In this document: in pieces, positions 29,399 through 39,625 of the stretch
Layout of the letters: every line of letters starts with the position of its first letter
Position numbering within the stretch: the stretch's first letter is position 1
Assembly (NCBI GenBank): GCA_964520795.1
Contig: CAZFQC010000002.1
Coordinates: 5,069 to 69,068, forward strand
DNA: 64,000 nt
Source of the DNA: an uncultured Brevundimonas sp.
Lineage (GTDB): Bacteria; Pseudomonadota; Alphaproteobacteria; Caulobacterales; Caulobacteraceae
Direction: 5' to 3'
Made by a program: the position numbers and the translations under genes
Notes under the pieces: model-generated
Database searches by the model: none
Told to the model about the DNA's origin: nothing
The model's input: the letters and a program-made list of their open reading frames with translations, nothing else

Positions 29399-30328
29399 TC
29401 AGCCAGCCGCCAGTCCGAGCTCCTTGATATGGTTGCGCAGGCGATTGCACGCCGGCGCCATCAGGGCCGCGGTGTCCTCGTCGGCATCGTAGCGATAGGG
29501 AATGGTGGTCACGCCGGCCAGGTCGCTCGGCAGCTTCACCTTCTCGTCGCGTGGCTCCATCAGGATCGCCCGCGCCCGCCCGAGCCGCCCCATGAACAGA
29601 CCCAATTCGAAGATGACGTTGTCGCGCGGCTGGGGCCAGTTGACGTCGCGACTCTCCACCAGGTCGTCCGGGTGGGCGATCGCGATGGCGAAGTCGGAGT
29701 TGTCGACCTCGTCCTCCAGGCTCTGCAGGGTGTAGCTCGCCACCTTGAAGACCCCGTCAGTCCACACTGTGACGGTGAAGGGGTCGTATTCCAACGCTGA
29801 CTGAATGACGCGCGCGATGGGAAGGGCTTCGGCCGAGGAGATGATGAAGACCCGGATCTTCTTGCGCGGCACGCCCGTCAAGGCGTTGCGCTGAAGCAGC
29901 CGTCGGGCCAGTTCCTTCGCCACGGTCCGATAGATCGCCGGATGGGCCGAGGCCAGTTCGGTAAACAACGGCTCGGGCAGTTCCAGGGCCACCACCGGCT
30001 CCAGGGCGCGGACCGTGGCGGAGCGAGGCTGACTGGACTGGAGTGCGGCCATCTCGCCGACGTGGTCGCCCGGCCCCCGACGCGCGACGACCTTCCCGTT
30101 GATCATGACCTCGCACTCGCCGGCGACAAGCAGATACACTTGGTTGTCGAAGGCGGCCTGCTCGATCAGGGCCTCGCCGTTCCTGAACGCCCGAAGCTCG
30201 CCCCGCGTCGCGAGCGCTTCCGCCAACTGGCGGTCGCCGGCGGCGAGCCGGCTCTCGGCGATGGCGTCGACCAGGCGGCGCGCGCCATCCTCGCCCTGGT
30301 ACCGGTGGATCATGGTGGCTTCGGTCAT
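29399..30328 (-). CDS. pycTIR: Pycsar effector: cNMP-binding domain + TIR
   Basis: GDHVGEMA..RSATVRA (CNBD); RVFIISS, SDFAIAI..PDD, RDNVIFELGLFMG, LPSDLAG (TIR). Confidence 0.92.
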   Translation of the reverse strand: MTEATMIHRYQGEDGARRLVDAIAESRLAAGDRQLAEALATRGELRAFRNGEALIEQAAFDNQVYLLVAGECEVMINGKVVARRGPGDHVGEMAALQSSQPRSATVRALEPVVALELPEPLFTELASAHPAIYRTVAKELARRLLQRNALTGVPRKKIRVFIISSAEALPIARVIQSALEYDPFTVTVWTDGVFKVASYTLQSLEDEVDNSDFAIAIAHPDDLVESRDVNWPQPRDNVIFELGLFMGRLGRARAILMEPRDEKVKLPSDLAGVTTIPYRYDADEDTAALMAPACNRLRNHIKELGLAAG

Positions 30329-31122
30329 GCGGCTTCGACCCAATCGTGCGGAGGCGTGGTGGTGGATTTCAGGCGGCAGGCGTCGAGGGAGCCGCAGCAG
30401 GGCGTCTCGCGAAGCGCTTGCCAGAAGCGTCGTTCGTCGCGCTCCCAGTCGAGAAGCGCCGTGGCCAGATCCGCAGCAGTCTGGGCGTGGTCGGCGCAAG
30501 CCGAGAGGGCGAGGCCGGAGCCGCAGACGCACCGTTGGCGCAGGGTCGCCACCCGGCGGGCGTCCGTCCAGACGGAGAAGAGCCGTCGCTCCGCGTCCCG
30601 CACCTGAATGAAGTGGGGGCCCTTAACCGCCTGCAGGCGACGCCGTGCGAGGGCGTCGGCTAAAGCGGCCCCGAGCCGGGCGGTGCAGCGCTCGGCCCGG
30701 GCCTGGTGAGCGGCCGCGCGTCCGTGAGCCCATTCCTGACGGCTGGGCCAGCGGCGAAGGACAGAGGCGGTTTCCTGGAGGGAGAGGAATTTGAGCAGGC
30801 GCGCCCACCAGTCGGCCGCGTCGGCGGCGTCCCGGACCGGGCGCGGATCCTCGTCGGCGTAGTTCATGCAGAACCAGCCGTCGTTGACGATGTGGCGGTT
30901 GGGGCAAAAGCCGGGCAGTCGATCCGGGGCAACTTCGCGCACAAGCGGCTGCGCCGATCCGACGTCGACGAGAAGACGGATCGGGCGGGTCCGGCCGCTG
31001 GCCCGACGGATGTCGACCTCGAGCGTCACGACATCGCCGACCGCCTCGAGGACGCGGGCTCCATGGGCGCCGGCCTGATCCGAGATCAGGCCGGCGCGCA
31101 TTTTGTCAGACGAGCCGGACAT
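30325..31122 (-). CDS. Prokaryotic E2-like protein with Cys-rich C-terminal domain
   Basis: LPGFCPNRHIVNDGWFC (E2 fold); CVCGS..CADH and CCGSLDAC; coupled between the cyclase and TIR genes. Confidence 0.72.
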   Translation of the reverse strand: MSGSSDKMRAGLISDQAGAHGARVLEAVGDVVTLEVDIRRASGRTRPIRLLVDVGSAQPLVREVAPDRLPGFCPNRHIVNDGWFCMNYADEDPRPVRDAADAADWWARLLKFLSLQETASVLRRWPSRQEWAHGRAAAHQARAERCTARLGAALADALARRRLQAVKGPHFIQVRDAERRLFSVWTDARRVATLRQRCVCGSGLALSACADHAQTAADLATALLDWERDERRFWQALRETPCCGSLDACRLKSTTTPPHDWVEAA

Positions 31123-32632
31123 AGGGTTTGACCACCGTCTCGCTGGCGCGGGCCACCGCGGGCGCGGCGGCGACGAAACCGGCTGCGCGCGCGGCCTTGG
31201 CGGTGGCGTCGCCGGTCTCGGCGAGGGCTTCGACCGCCGTGTCGTAGTCGAGATCCGCGATCTTGCGGCCCTCGCCGAAGAGGTCCCGCACGGCCTGGGT
31301 GCCCGTGTCGTACGCGCTCTGGCCGATCGCCGTCTCGCGGTCGCTGCAGCGTCCCTGTTCGGCCTCGGAGCTGCGGACGCCCCGGCTCACCGCGCACCGT
31401 ACCCGGTCGCCCTGCATTCCCAGGCGGGTGAGGGTCATGGGCCCGAAGTCGACGCCGATCTGCAGTCCGAGGCTCGAGACATCGAGGCCCTCGTCCTCGA
31501 GCATCCCGATCGCCAGGTCGAAGCTGCTGCGCAGCGCGCCGGCGCACAGCACCGCAGTGCTCACCGTTTGCTCGTCATCGGTGCTGCGCGACGTGCCGTC
31601 GAACGCCATTCCGTGCAGGCAGTCGCCGATGAAGCGGATCTTCGCGCCGTCGAAATCGGAGGTGAAGACCCGGTCCAGTTCTGCCCGCAGGACGTGGAGC
31701 ACGCGGACGACGTCTTCCGCGTTGTCCGCGATGTTGTCGGCGACGTACCGGGTGAAATTGTCCAGGTCCGCATAGGTCGAGGCGCCCTCGAACCGGCGCG
31801 AGTTGCCGGGCGTCAGAGCCGAGATGTCGACGGTGCGCAGGGGCGGCGAGGGCCGGGCGAAATCGAAGGCCCCGATCGGGCTGGCCTTCAGATCCTTGCG
31901 CCAGTCCTCGACGATCGAGGCCGCGGTGACGTCGAGCGCGGCCGCATCTCGGCTCGTCCTGATTTCGTCGCTCGTGAGCTTGGTCGCAGCCGGCGACGCG
32001 ACGGTCTTCAGACCGATCGCGGTTCGCGCCGCATTGGTCAGGTAGATGCCGACGGCCGATGACGCGCCCGACAGCTTGGCGGCGTGGTTGGCCGGGTCGC
32101 CGAGGAAGAGCGGCTCGCGATAGCCGCTGCGCCCGTTGTTGACCGCCAGCGCCTGGCCGGTGTCGATGCCGACGCGCAGCTCGGCGTCCGGAATGTTCTC
32201 GTCGTCCTCACCGGTCTGGGCGAGAACGTCGATCATCAGCTGGCCCAGCGCGACAGCCCGATGGACCCGGTCTGCTTCGCTGTCTTCTCCGTAGGGCTTG
32301 GCCACGATGGCGTGGAGGCGCTGGTTGTGGAAGTCCACGCGCTTGGCGCCGGCTCCCTGGATGGCCCTGTGCGCCGCCCGATAGTGAAGGTTGAGGAAGC
32401 GGAGGGTCCGCTTGTGGCAGGTCTCGCCTTCGACCTCCGTCACCCCCAGCATGTCGTCGAGATTGACGATGTCGGCGTAGACGTGCGCCGCCTCGACGCG
32501 ATAGGCCTTATTGGTCGGGATGTTCTCCAGCGAGGTGTCGCGGGTGTAGTCGACGACCGTCACGGTCTCGACGTCCCTGATCTTTTTCTCGATATGATCG
32601 CGGGCGCGATCCTCTTTCCAGGTCTTCGCCAT
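31106..32632 (-). CDS. pycC: Pycsar-type nucleotide cyclase with two class III cyclase domains
   Basis: Domain 1: VYADI..LRVGIDTG..GDPANHAAKL. Domain 2: YADLDNFT..RFIGDC..IGVDFG. In an operon with cNMP-TIR. Confidence 0.87.
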   Translation of the reverse strand: MAKTWKEDRARDHIEKKIRDVETVTVVDYTRDTSLENIPTNKAYRVEAAHVYADIVNLDDMLGVTEVEGETCHKRTLRFLNLHYRAAHRAIQGAGAKRVDFHNQRLHAIVAKPYGEDSEADRVHRAVALGQLMIDVLAQTGEDDENIPDAELRVGIDTGQALAVNNGRSGYREPLFLGDPANHAAKLSGASSAVGIYLTNAARTAIGLKTVASPAATKLTSDEIRTSRDAAALDVTAASIVEDWRKDLKASPIGAFDFARPSPPLRTVDISALTPGNSRRFEGASTYADLDNFTRYVADNIADNAEDVVRVLHVLRAELDRVFTSDFDGAKIRFIGDCLHGMAFDGTSRSTDDEQTVSTAVLCAGALRSSFDLAIGMLEDEGLDVSSLGLQIGVDFGPMTLTRLGMQGDRVRCAVSRGVRSSEAEQGRCSDRETAIGQSAYDTGTQAVRDLFGEGRKIADLDYDTAVEALAETGDATAKAARAAGFVAAAPAVARASETVVKPYVRLV

Positions 32633-32816
32633 GACGGCGTCCTTCCATTGCAAGGACCCGGTCGGCGGCGCGTGCACGAAGGCGAAGTGGTGGTTGTGAG
32701 GAACCACCGGCCCGTCTAAACATGCAGTCGCCGTCGAACGAGTCGGCCACGGGAGAGGGCGACCGCCGGAACCGCCAAGTTTACGTGGCCGTCCTCTCCC
32801 ACACGATGTTCGATCG

Positions 32817-32857
32817 GTACGCTTCACTCAACTTGACGCACGTCCGCTGACGCGGAC
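32817..32857 (+). repeat. GTCCGC multi-arm site (A-B, core shortened)
   Basis: gtacgc-N19-gtccgc-N4-gcggac. Confidence 0.6.
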
Positions 32858-33280
32858 GTCTGCCTGAAAAGGGTCGGGAAGCCGTCAGGCCCCAGCACCC
32901 CGTACGCACATCCATAGGAGGATTCGGCGCCGACGAGGAAGGGGCTTGTTAAGACTCTTTCTGATCGCATGAGTCGGGGGTCGGCTACAAGATGTAGTGG
33001 TGAGGCTGAGCCCACCCGCCACCGGCTGATGAAAACGAAGGACGTCGACGATACGGAGTTCACGCCTGAAACAAGCTTTGCATTGGGAGATAGGTGGCGT
33101 TCGACGCGTTGCAAGAGGCGGGTAGACGACGGGCGGCTTCGCGCCGAGCAGTCGACGCCGCAGCCTCTCCAGGAAATCCGGGAGTGGTCCGATCCTGCCG
33201 AGACGTCCGATCCGCAGGCATTCTCGAAAGCTGGCCCAGGCTCCAAGGTCGCCCCCGCTGGCCGGGAGACTGAACGGGCC

Positions 33281-33690
33281 CTAACCGGGCACGCTGGTCA
33301 GATGCGCGTCGCATTCCGCGGCCTCTTCGGCCATGTCCTGCGCCTCGTAGATCGCGCGGGCTTCCCGCCACGCCCGGAGCGCCTCGTCGCCCCGGCCGAC
33401 TCCCTCGAGGGCGAGCGCCTTGAGGCGAAGGGCGTTGGCGAGGTCGAGAGGTCTTGCGGGCGACAGGACGCGATACAGATCGACCGCTTCCCCGGCCTCG
33501 GGTAGGGCGGCGGCCGGGTCGCCCGCGCCGATCAGGATCTGCGACAGATGCCGAAGCGCGTGGCCGAGAGCGGGGCGGTCGTCACGACGGCGCGCCGCGC
33601 GCTCGTCCAGTTGGTAGTGTTCGGCACTGTGTACCGGCGGTCTCCTGCGAAGCGGTGGGCGGAATCCTGGCACAGGCGCGATCGCCGGAG
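33281..33690 (-). CDS. TPR-like helical protein (start unclear, possibly degenerate)
   Basis: [35 protein letters not shown]. Confidence 0.55.
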
Positions 33691-34122
33691 GCGCACCGTC
33701 GCTGTGGGCGTCTGGGTCAGCGGCTGGAGCCGGCCGGGCGCCCGCGGAATCGGGCCGGCGGCCTGGTGCGCCGCTTCCCGGGGCGAACCGGAGCCTTGGG
33801 GAGGTCGGAGGGTCCGAACAGGGGACGGTCAGCCTTGGTGGGGGCAGGCGGCGGCCGTGCTGGTCTCCCAGCGTCGCGCCAGCCGGCGCGGCCTCTCGAG
33901 GTGGCGGATCTGACCGGAGCCCAGGCGGCTGGCGCAACCGCGCGCTCGACTTTCATCCCCGGCCTGACGGCCTTCCTCGCGAAGCAAGAAAGTCTCCCTT
34001 GCGGTCCTCCGCTGCGCTGCGGGGCCTGGGCTTCGCCCGGCCTGCGCGCCGCCCCGGTCGCCGGTCCTCCGATCGCCATCGAGGCCGCGGCAGGCGTGGC
34101 CCGAAGCAAAGGAGAGACTGAC

Positions 34123-34416
34123 ATGGCCACCATCGGCACCTTCACCGCCCAGGGCGACGGCTACACCGGCTCGATCAAGACCCTGACCCTCAACGTCAGG
34201 ACCGCGGTCCTGCGGCCGAACGAGAAGGGCGACGACAAGGCCCCCGACTACCGGATCTTCGCGGGCCAGACCGAGTTCGGCGCCGCCTGGAAGAAGACGA
34301 GCCAGCAGAACCGCGACTACCTCTCGGTCAAGCTCGACGACCCCAGCTTCCCGGCCCCGATCTACGCCTCGCTGGTCGAGGTCGAGGGCGGTCACAGCCT
34401 GATCTGGTCTCGCTGA
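34123..34416 (+). CDS. DUF736 family protein
   Basis: [33 protein letters not shown]. Confidence 0.93.
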   Translation: MATIGTFTAQGDGYTGSIKTLTLNVRTAVLRPNEKGDDKAPDYRIFAGQTEFGAAWKKTSQQNRDYLSVKLDDPSFPAPIYASLVEVEGGHSLIWSR

Positions 34417-34483
34417 CCCCGCTGCGGCGGCGCGGCGACGCGCCGCCGCCCTTCTTCTTCAACCCAGATTGCAGGAGGCCGCC

Positions 34484-35374
34484 ATGTCGCGCCCCGCTCA
34501 TCCCGCCCGCCCGGACGTCCACGCCCGGATCACCGATCAGATCATCGGCCAGCTGGAGGCCGGCGTCCGACCCTGGAGCCAGCCGTGGACCGCAACCGCC
34601 GCCGTCAGCCGGCCGCTCCGTCACGAGGGCACGCCGTATGGCGGGATCAACGTCCTTCTCCTGTGGTCCGCCGCCGCCGGACGAGGCTACGCCTGTTCCA
34701 CTTGGATGACCTTCCGCCAGGCGCTCGCGCTGGGCGGCAGCGTGCGAAAGGGCGAACACGGGGCGACAGTCGTCTACGCCAAGGCGATCGTGCGCAGCGA
34801 GGTGGACGACAGCGGCGTGGGGAGCGAGCGCCGCATTCCCTTCCTCAAGACCTAGACCGTCTTCAACGTCGAGCAGATCGAGGGCCTGCCGGAACAGTAT
34901 CGGGTCGGCGCCACGCCCGAGGCCGTCAATCCGGACGAGCGCATCGCCCGGGTCGAAGCCTTCTTCACCCGCTGCGGCGCCGATCTCCGCCACGGAGGCG
35001 GTTGCGCCTTTTATGCGGTGCAGCCGGACTATGTGCAGATGCCGACGTTCGAAAGTTTCGGGAGCGCCGAACGCTACTACGCTACTCTCGCCCAGGAGAT
35101 GACCCACTGGACGCGGCACCCCTCGCGGCTGGATCGCGATCTCGGCCGCCAGCGGTTCGGCGACGCCGGCTACGCCCGCGAGGAACTCGTGGCCGAACTC
35201 GGCGCCGCCTTCCTCTGCGCCGACCTGGGTCTGGCGCCTGAGCCGCGCGAGGACCACGCAGCCTACATCGCGTCCTGGATCCAGGTGCTGAAGAACGACA
35301 AGCGGTTCATCGTCTCGGCGGCGGCGCACGCAGAGCGCGCGGTCGCCTGGCTCGCGGCTCTCCAAACCAGATGA
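34484..35374 (+). pseudogene. ardC: ArdC antirestriction protein with an in-frame TAG at 34853-34855
   Basis: RPW..YGGIN..WMTFRQA..VRKGE..FLKT*TVFNVEQI; the frame continues to YAREELVAELG..HAAYIASW. Confidence 0.88.
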
Positions 35375-35423
35375 CGCTGGCCTTCGCTCCGGCGCTGCGC
35401 CAGCCTAGCGCCGGAGCGACGCC

Positions 35424-36536
35424 ATGGCCGACAACAAGAACCAGCATTTCGTCCCGAAAGCCCACCTGAAGCTGTTCTCCGTGGGCGGAGAGGGCAAGGC
35501 CATCCATCTGTTCAATCTCGACGGCGACCGGGCCATCCCGAACGCCGCCGTCCGAAAACAATGCGCTCACGACTATTTCTACGGGCAGGACAGGCGGCTG
35601 GAGCGGGCCATCCAGACCGTCGAGGGCGCCTATGGATCGGCGGTGCGGCGCCTCGTCGGGCAGGCCGCCGCCGTGTCGGCGCTGGATCAGATCGTTCTTC
35701 GGCGTTTCATTCTCCTGCAGCATCTTCGCACGGAGGCCGCTTCGGTCAGCGCCAGCCAGGTGGCCGCCGGCTTGGCTCAGCTGCCGGGGGTGTTGCCGGC
35801 CGGGGAGGCGTTCGATCCCAAGGCGGCGATGCTGGAGGCGGTGCAGGGCGCGATGCTGTTCTACGCCCGCGCCATGAAGATCGTCGACGACCTGCAGGTG
35901 ACGGTCGTTCGCAATCGCACCGACACCCCATTCATCACCTCGGACGACCCGGCGGTCCTCACCAATCGGTGGCACCTGCAGAACCCGAGGGGGCGTGGCT
36001 TCGGGTTCGGCGTCCGCAGCGCCGGCGCGATCATGCTGTTGCCGCTGTCGCCTGACGTGCTCGCCCTTCTCCACGATCCGGAGGTCTATATCGTGCCTCA
36101 CCAGGAGGGCACGATCCAGGTCGAGCGCGACGGGGACGTTCGGGCCCTTAACGACCATCAAATCCTCAACTGCGCGGCCAACCTCTACTTCGGAGATTGG
36201 GACGAGCGCGACGGCGTCGCCGGAGCCGCGCGCGCCACCGCGCCGCTGCGGCCTGTGTCGCGACACCGCACGACCTACGCCGTCCGCGGCCAGGAGGGCG
36301 CCGGCCACGTTCGCTACGATGCGCGACCGCTGGCCGACATCGCGCCTCAAGCCGGCGGGGAGGTGCTGGTCCATACAGAAGCGCTGCGGGCCGTCCCCCC
36401 GCGCTGGCCGGGCTTCATCCAGTACCGACGAGACGGCCGGATGTACTCCAACGGCTCGCGCACCGGGTTTGTGCGAGGCGGATGTCTGGCGGCGGGGTTC
36501 GTCGAAGGCGAGGGCTACGAACGCGTCAGGGTCTGA
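35424..36536 (+). CDS. DUF4238 domain protein
   Basis: NQHFVPKAHLKLF, DYFY, FITSDDP, LPLSP. Confidence 0.85.
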   Translation: MADNKNQHFVPKAHLKLFSVGGEGKAIHLFNLDGDRAIPNAAVRKQCAHDYFYGQDRRLERAIQTVEGAYGSAVRRLVGQAAAVSALDQIVLRRFILLQHLRTEAASVSASQVAAGLAQLPGVLPAGEAFDPKAAMLEAVQGAMLFYARAMKIVDDLQVTVVRNRTDTPFITSDDPAVLTNRWHLQNPRGRGFGFGVRSAGAIMLLPLSPDVLALLHDPEVYIVPHQEGTIQVERDGDVRALNDHQILNCAANLYFGDWDERDGVAGAARATAPLRPVSRHRTTYAVRGQEGAGHVRYDARPLADIAPQAGGEVLVHTEALRAVPPRWPGFIQYRRDGRMYSNGSRTGFVRGGCLAAGFVEGEGYERVRV

Positions 36537-36639
36537 CCCGGCCTCGGCTGGGGCGCCCATCAGGGCGGTGGGCGAGCGGCCGTGGAGCGGACGCCGAGGG
36601 GAGGGCGGGCAGCCCCGTAAGCCTGCGGGGCGAGGGTGG

Positions 36640-36690
36640 TGACTGTCTAGGGCAGGATAGGCTTTGCGCCGGCAATGTCTGACAGACCCC
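36640..36690 (-). other. oriT with an RP4/MOBP-type nic site
   Basis: The minus strand reads CCTATCCTG|CCC (36661-36650), identical to the IncP nic core; directly upstream of mobC. Confidence 0.8.
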
Positions 36691-36697
36691 AATTCCC

Positions 36698-37219
36698 ATG
36701 GACCGCCTGACCCTCCGTCTTCCGCCCGACCTGGTCCGGCGCTTCGACGCGGCCGCGTCCGGCCGGGGCGGGCGTTCGCGATTTCTGCGTCGGCTCATGG
36801 AAGAGGCGGCGCAGGCCCCGCTGCCGGAGCCCGTTGCGGCGACGCCGGCGGGTCGGACGGGCAAGCTGACCCTGCGCCTCGCCGAGGCGGACCTGGCCCT
36901 GCTGGAGGCCGAGGCGGCCGTCCTGGGCCTGTCCCGCACCCAGTGGAGCGTCGCCCTGATCCGGCGCCGTCTGCACCGCCGGCCGCAGCTGACGCCGCCG
37001 GAGGCGTTCGCTTTCATCGCGGTTCAGCGCGAGCTGCGGCGCATCGGGGTCAACATCAATCAGATCGCCCGGGCGATGAACACCGCCGTGCTTGAGGGGA
37101 CGGTGCTCGATCTGGAGATGGCCCAGCTCGCCGCCTTCGGCACCGAGATCCGGGCGCACCTGACAGGCCTGCGGGCGGCCTTCGAGGGCAACCTCGCCTA
37201 CTGGTCCGACGGAACATGA
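36698..37219 (+). CDS. mobC: MobC relaxosome accessory protein
   Basis: Two RHH-like segments; ELRRIGVNINQIARAMN. Confidence 0.9.
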   Translation: MDRLTLRLPPDLVRRFDAAASGRGGRSRFLRRLMEEAAQAPLPEPVAATPAGRTGKLTLRLAEADLALLEAEAAVLGLSRTQWSVALIRRRLHRRPQLTPPEAFAFIAVQRELRRIGVNINQIARAMNTAVLEGTVLDLEMAQLAAFGTEIRAHLTGLRAAFEGNLAYWSDGT

Positions 37220-38226
37220 GCGACTTCCGGACTCCCTTCGGATTCGAGGAGGCGTTGCGGCCCCCGGTCGACGTCCGGCGCGCCCGGGTGACGCCCGGCG
37301 TTCTCGGCCGGCGAGCGGCCGGGGAGGCCGCCCGCGCGCAACTGATGCGGGTCGCGCGGCGGGTTCCTGAGGTGATGGTCAAGATCACCGGCCGCACGCG
37401 TGACGCCGGCCATCTTCAGCGGCACCTGGATTACATCTCCCGCAACGGCCAGCTTGTGCTGGAGGGACCGGACGGTGAACGCCTGGAAGGTCGGGCCGCG
37501 GTCTGGACCCTGGCGGAGGACTGGGCCGCCGAACTGGCGGCCGAGCCGGGTCGCCGTCGCGACGCGCCGGTATCCCTGTCCCTGGTGCTGAGCATGCCGG
37601 CCGGGACCGATCCCCTCCGCGTCCGGGACAGCGCCCGCGCCTTCGCCCTGGCGACCTTCGGTGAGCGCTTCCCCTGGGTCTTCGCCCTGCACACCGACGA
37701 CCGCCATCCGCACGTTCATCTGACCGTTCGCATGCAGGGACGGGACGGTGAGCGGCTGAACCCGCGCAAGGCCGATCTCCAGGCCTGGCGCGAAGGCTTC
37801 GCCCGGGCCCTGCGCGATCGGGGCGTGGAAGCCGAGGCGACGCCTCGCCGGGCGCGGGGCGTCGTGAGAAAGCCGGAACGCATTGCGGTGCGAAAGCTGA
37901 GGGAGCGTTATGTTGCGGGAGATGGATCGATCCCGCGCGTCCTTGCGGGGGCCGCGGCCCAGGCGAGCCGGGCGGGATATGACGCCGAGCCCTGGCGTGA
38001 CGCCGTGCGCGAACGCCAGTTGAAGATTCGCCGCGCGCTCGTCGCGGAAGCCCTGGAACTGGCCCGATCTGAAAAGCCCGGCGATCGCGCCGTGGCGGAG
38101 GTGCTCGAGCGCTTCATGCGGACCATGCCGGCCGTCGAAACCCAGCAGGATCAGATCAGGCGAAGGCTCGATGCTGATCGTCGGGCCGACGTGGACCACG
38201 AACCTGAGCGTCCGCGGCGCCGATGA
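37216..38226 (+). CDS. VirD2-like MOBP relaxase
   Basis: EVMVKITG, HLDYISRNG, LSMP, ALHTDDRHPHVHL. Confidence 0.92.
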   Translation: MSDFRTPFGFEEALRPPVDVRRARVTPGVLGRRAAGEAARAQLMRVARRVPEVMVKITGRTRDAGHLQRHLDYISRNGQLVLEGPDGERLEGRAAVWTLAEDWAAELAAEPGRRRDAPVSLSLVLSMPAGTDPLRVRDSARAFALATFGERFPWVFALHTDDRHPHVHLTVRMQGRDGERLNPRKADLQAWREGFARALRDRGVEAEATPRRARGVVRKPERIAVRKLRERYVAGDGSIPRVLAGAAAQASRAGYDAEPWRDAVRERQLKIRRALVAEALELARSEKPGDRAVAEVLERFMRTMPAVETQQDQIRRRLDADRRADVDHEPERPRRR

Positions 38227-38287
38227 GGCAGCGTCAGTCGGGACAGGGGTGTCGTTCAGCCGCCCATTCTCTGAGGGCCTGGGTGAC

Positions 38288-39541
38288 GCTGCGCAACGCA
38301 ACGTCGAGCTGATGTGGCTGACGGGGCGGCTAGCGCCGGATCACAAGACCATCGCCGACTTTCGCCGGGAGAATGGCGCGGCCATTCAGGCGGCGTGCGC
38401 TCAGTTCGTGGTGCTGTGTCGCCAGCTTGGCCTGTTCGGCGCGGCGCTGGTCGCCATCGATGGCTCGAAGTTCAAGGCGGTGAACACCCGCGACCGCAAC
38501 TTCACCGCCTACAAGGTGAAGCGGCGGATCGAACAGGTCGCCGAGCACATCGCCGGTTACCTGCAGGACCTGGACACGGCGGATCGTCACGAGGGCGAAG
38601 CCGCCGAGGCGCGGTCCGGGCGACTGGTCGAGAAGATTGATCGGCTGCGCGCCCAGATGGCGATGCTCAAGGCTATGGAGGGCGAGGTCGAGGCGTCACC
38701 GGACGGCCAGGTCTCCCTGACCGATCCCGACGCGCGGGCCATGGCGACGTCGGGTCGAGGCAGCGGCATCGTCGGCTACAACGTCCAGTCCGCCGTCGAA
38801 GGTGAGCATCACCTGATCGTCACCCACGAGGTGGTGATGACCGGCAGTGATCGCGAGCAGCTGGCGTCGATAGCGGGCAAGGCCAAGGACGCGATGGGCG
38901 TCGAGGCGCTCGATGTGCTGGCCGACCGGGGCTACTTCTCCGGCGAGGAGATCCTCGCCTGCGAAGCCATGGGCGTGACGCCCTACGTTCCGAAGCCGCT
39001 GACGTCAGGCGCCAAAGCGGCGGGCCGCTTCGGCAAGCAGGACTTCGTCTACCTGCCCGATCAGGACGTCTATCGCTGCCCGGCCGGAGCGCTGCTCCCG
39101 CATCACATGACGACCGTCGAAAAAGGGCTGACGCTGCACCGCTACTGGGATCGAGCCAGTTGCACCGGCTGCCGCCTGAAGCCTCAGTGCACGCCCAGCG
39201 TCGAGCGTCGGATCACCCGCTGGGAGCATGAAGCCGTGATCAATGCGCTGCAGGCCCGGATGGACCTGGCCCCGCGCGCCATGCGCACCCGACGACGGCT
39301 GGTCGAACACCCCTTCGGCACGATCAAGGCATGGATGGGCCAAACCCACTTCCTGATGAAGCGCCTGCCCAACGTGAAGACCGAGATCAGCCTCCACATC
39401 CTCGCCTACAACATGAAGCGGGTGATGGCGGTGCTCGGAACCAAGCCCCTGATGGAAGCGATCAGGGCCTGAGAAAGAGGCGCTCCGCGCCTCCATGCCG
39501 CCTGCGCCCCGCCGTAGCTCAGCACGTTTTTACACGGCCTC
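38288..39541 (+). mobile_element. IS1182-family element, 5'-truncated (transposase remnant ends at 39472)
   Basis: QRNVELMWLTGRLAPDHKTIADFR, AIDGSK, LADRGY, VEHPFGTIK; right end gtttttacacggcct. The N-terminus and left end are missing. Confidence 0.85.
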
Positions 39542-39625
39542 GACTCTTGGCAGTCCTTCCGAACGTCCGGTCTCGGGCTGCGTCAGGCCAGCGATTTCCC
39601 TAGCGCCGCCCCTTAGACCTAGTCA

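Noticed and set aside
34853-34855. Programmed stop-codon readthrough in ardC
   Set aside because: No pyrrolysine or suppressor machinery is visible, and a second lesion in the HExxH motif favours simple decay.
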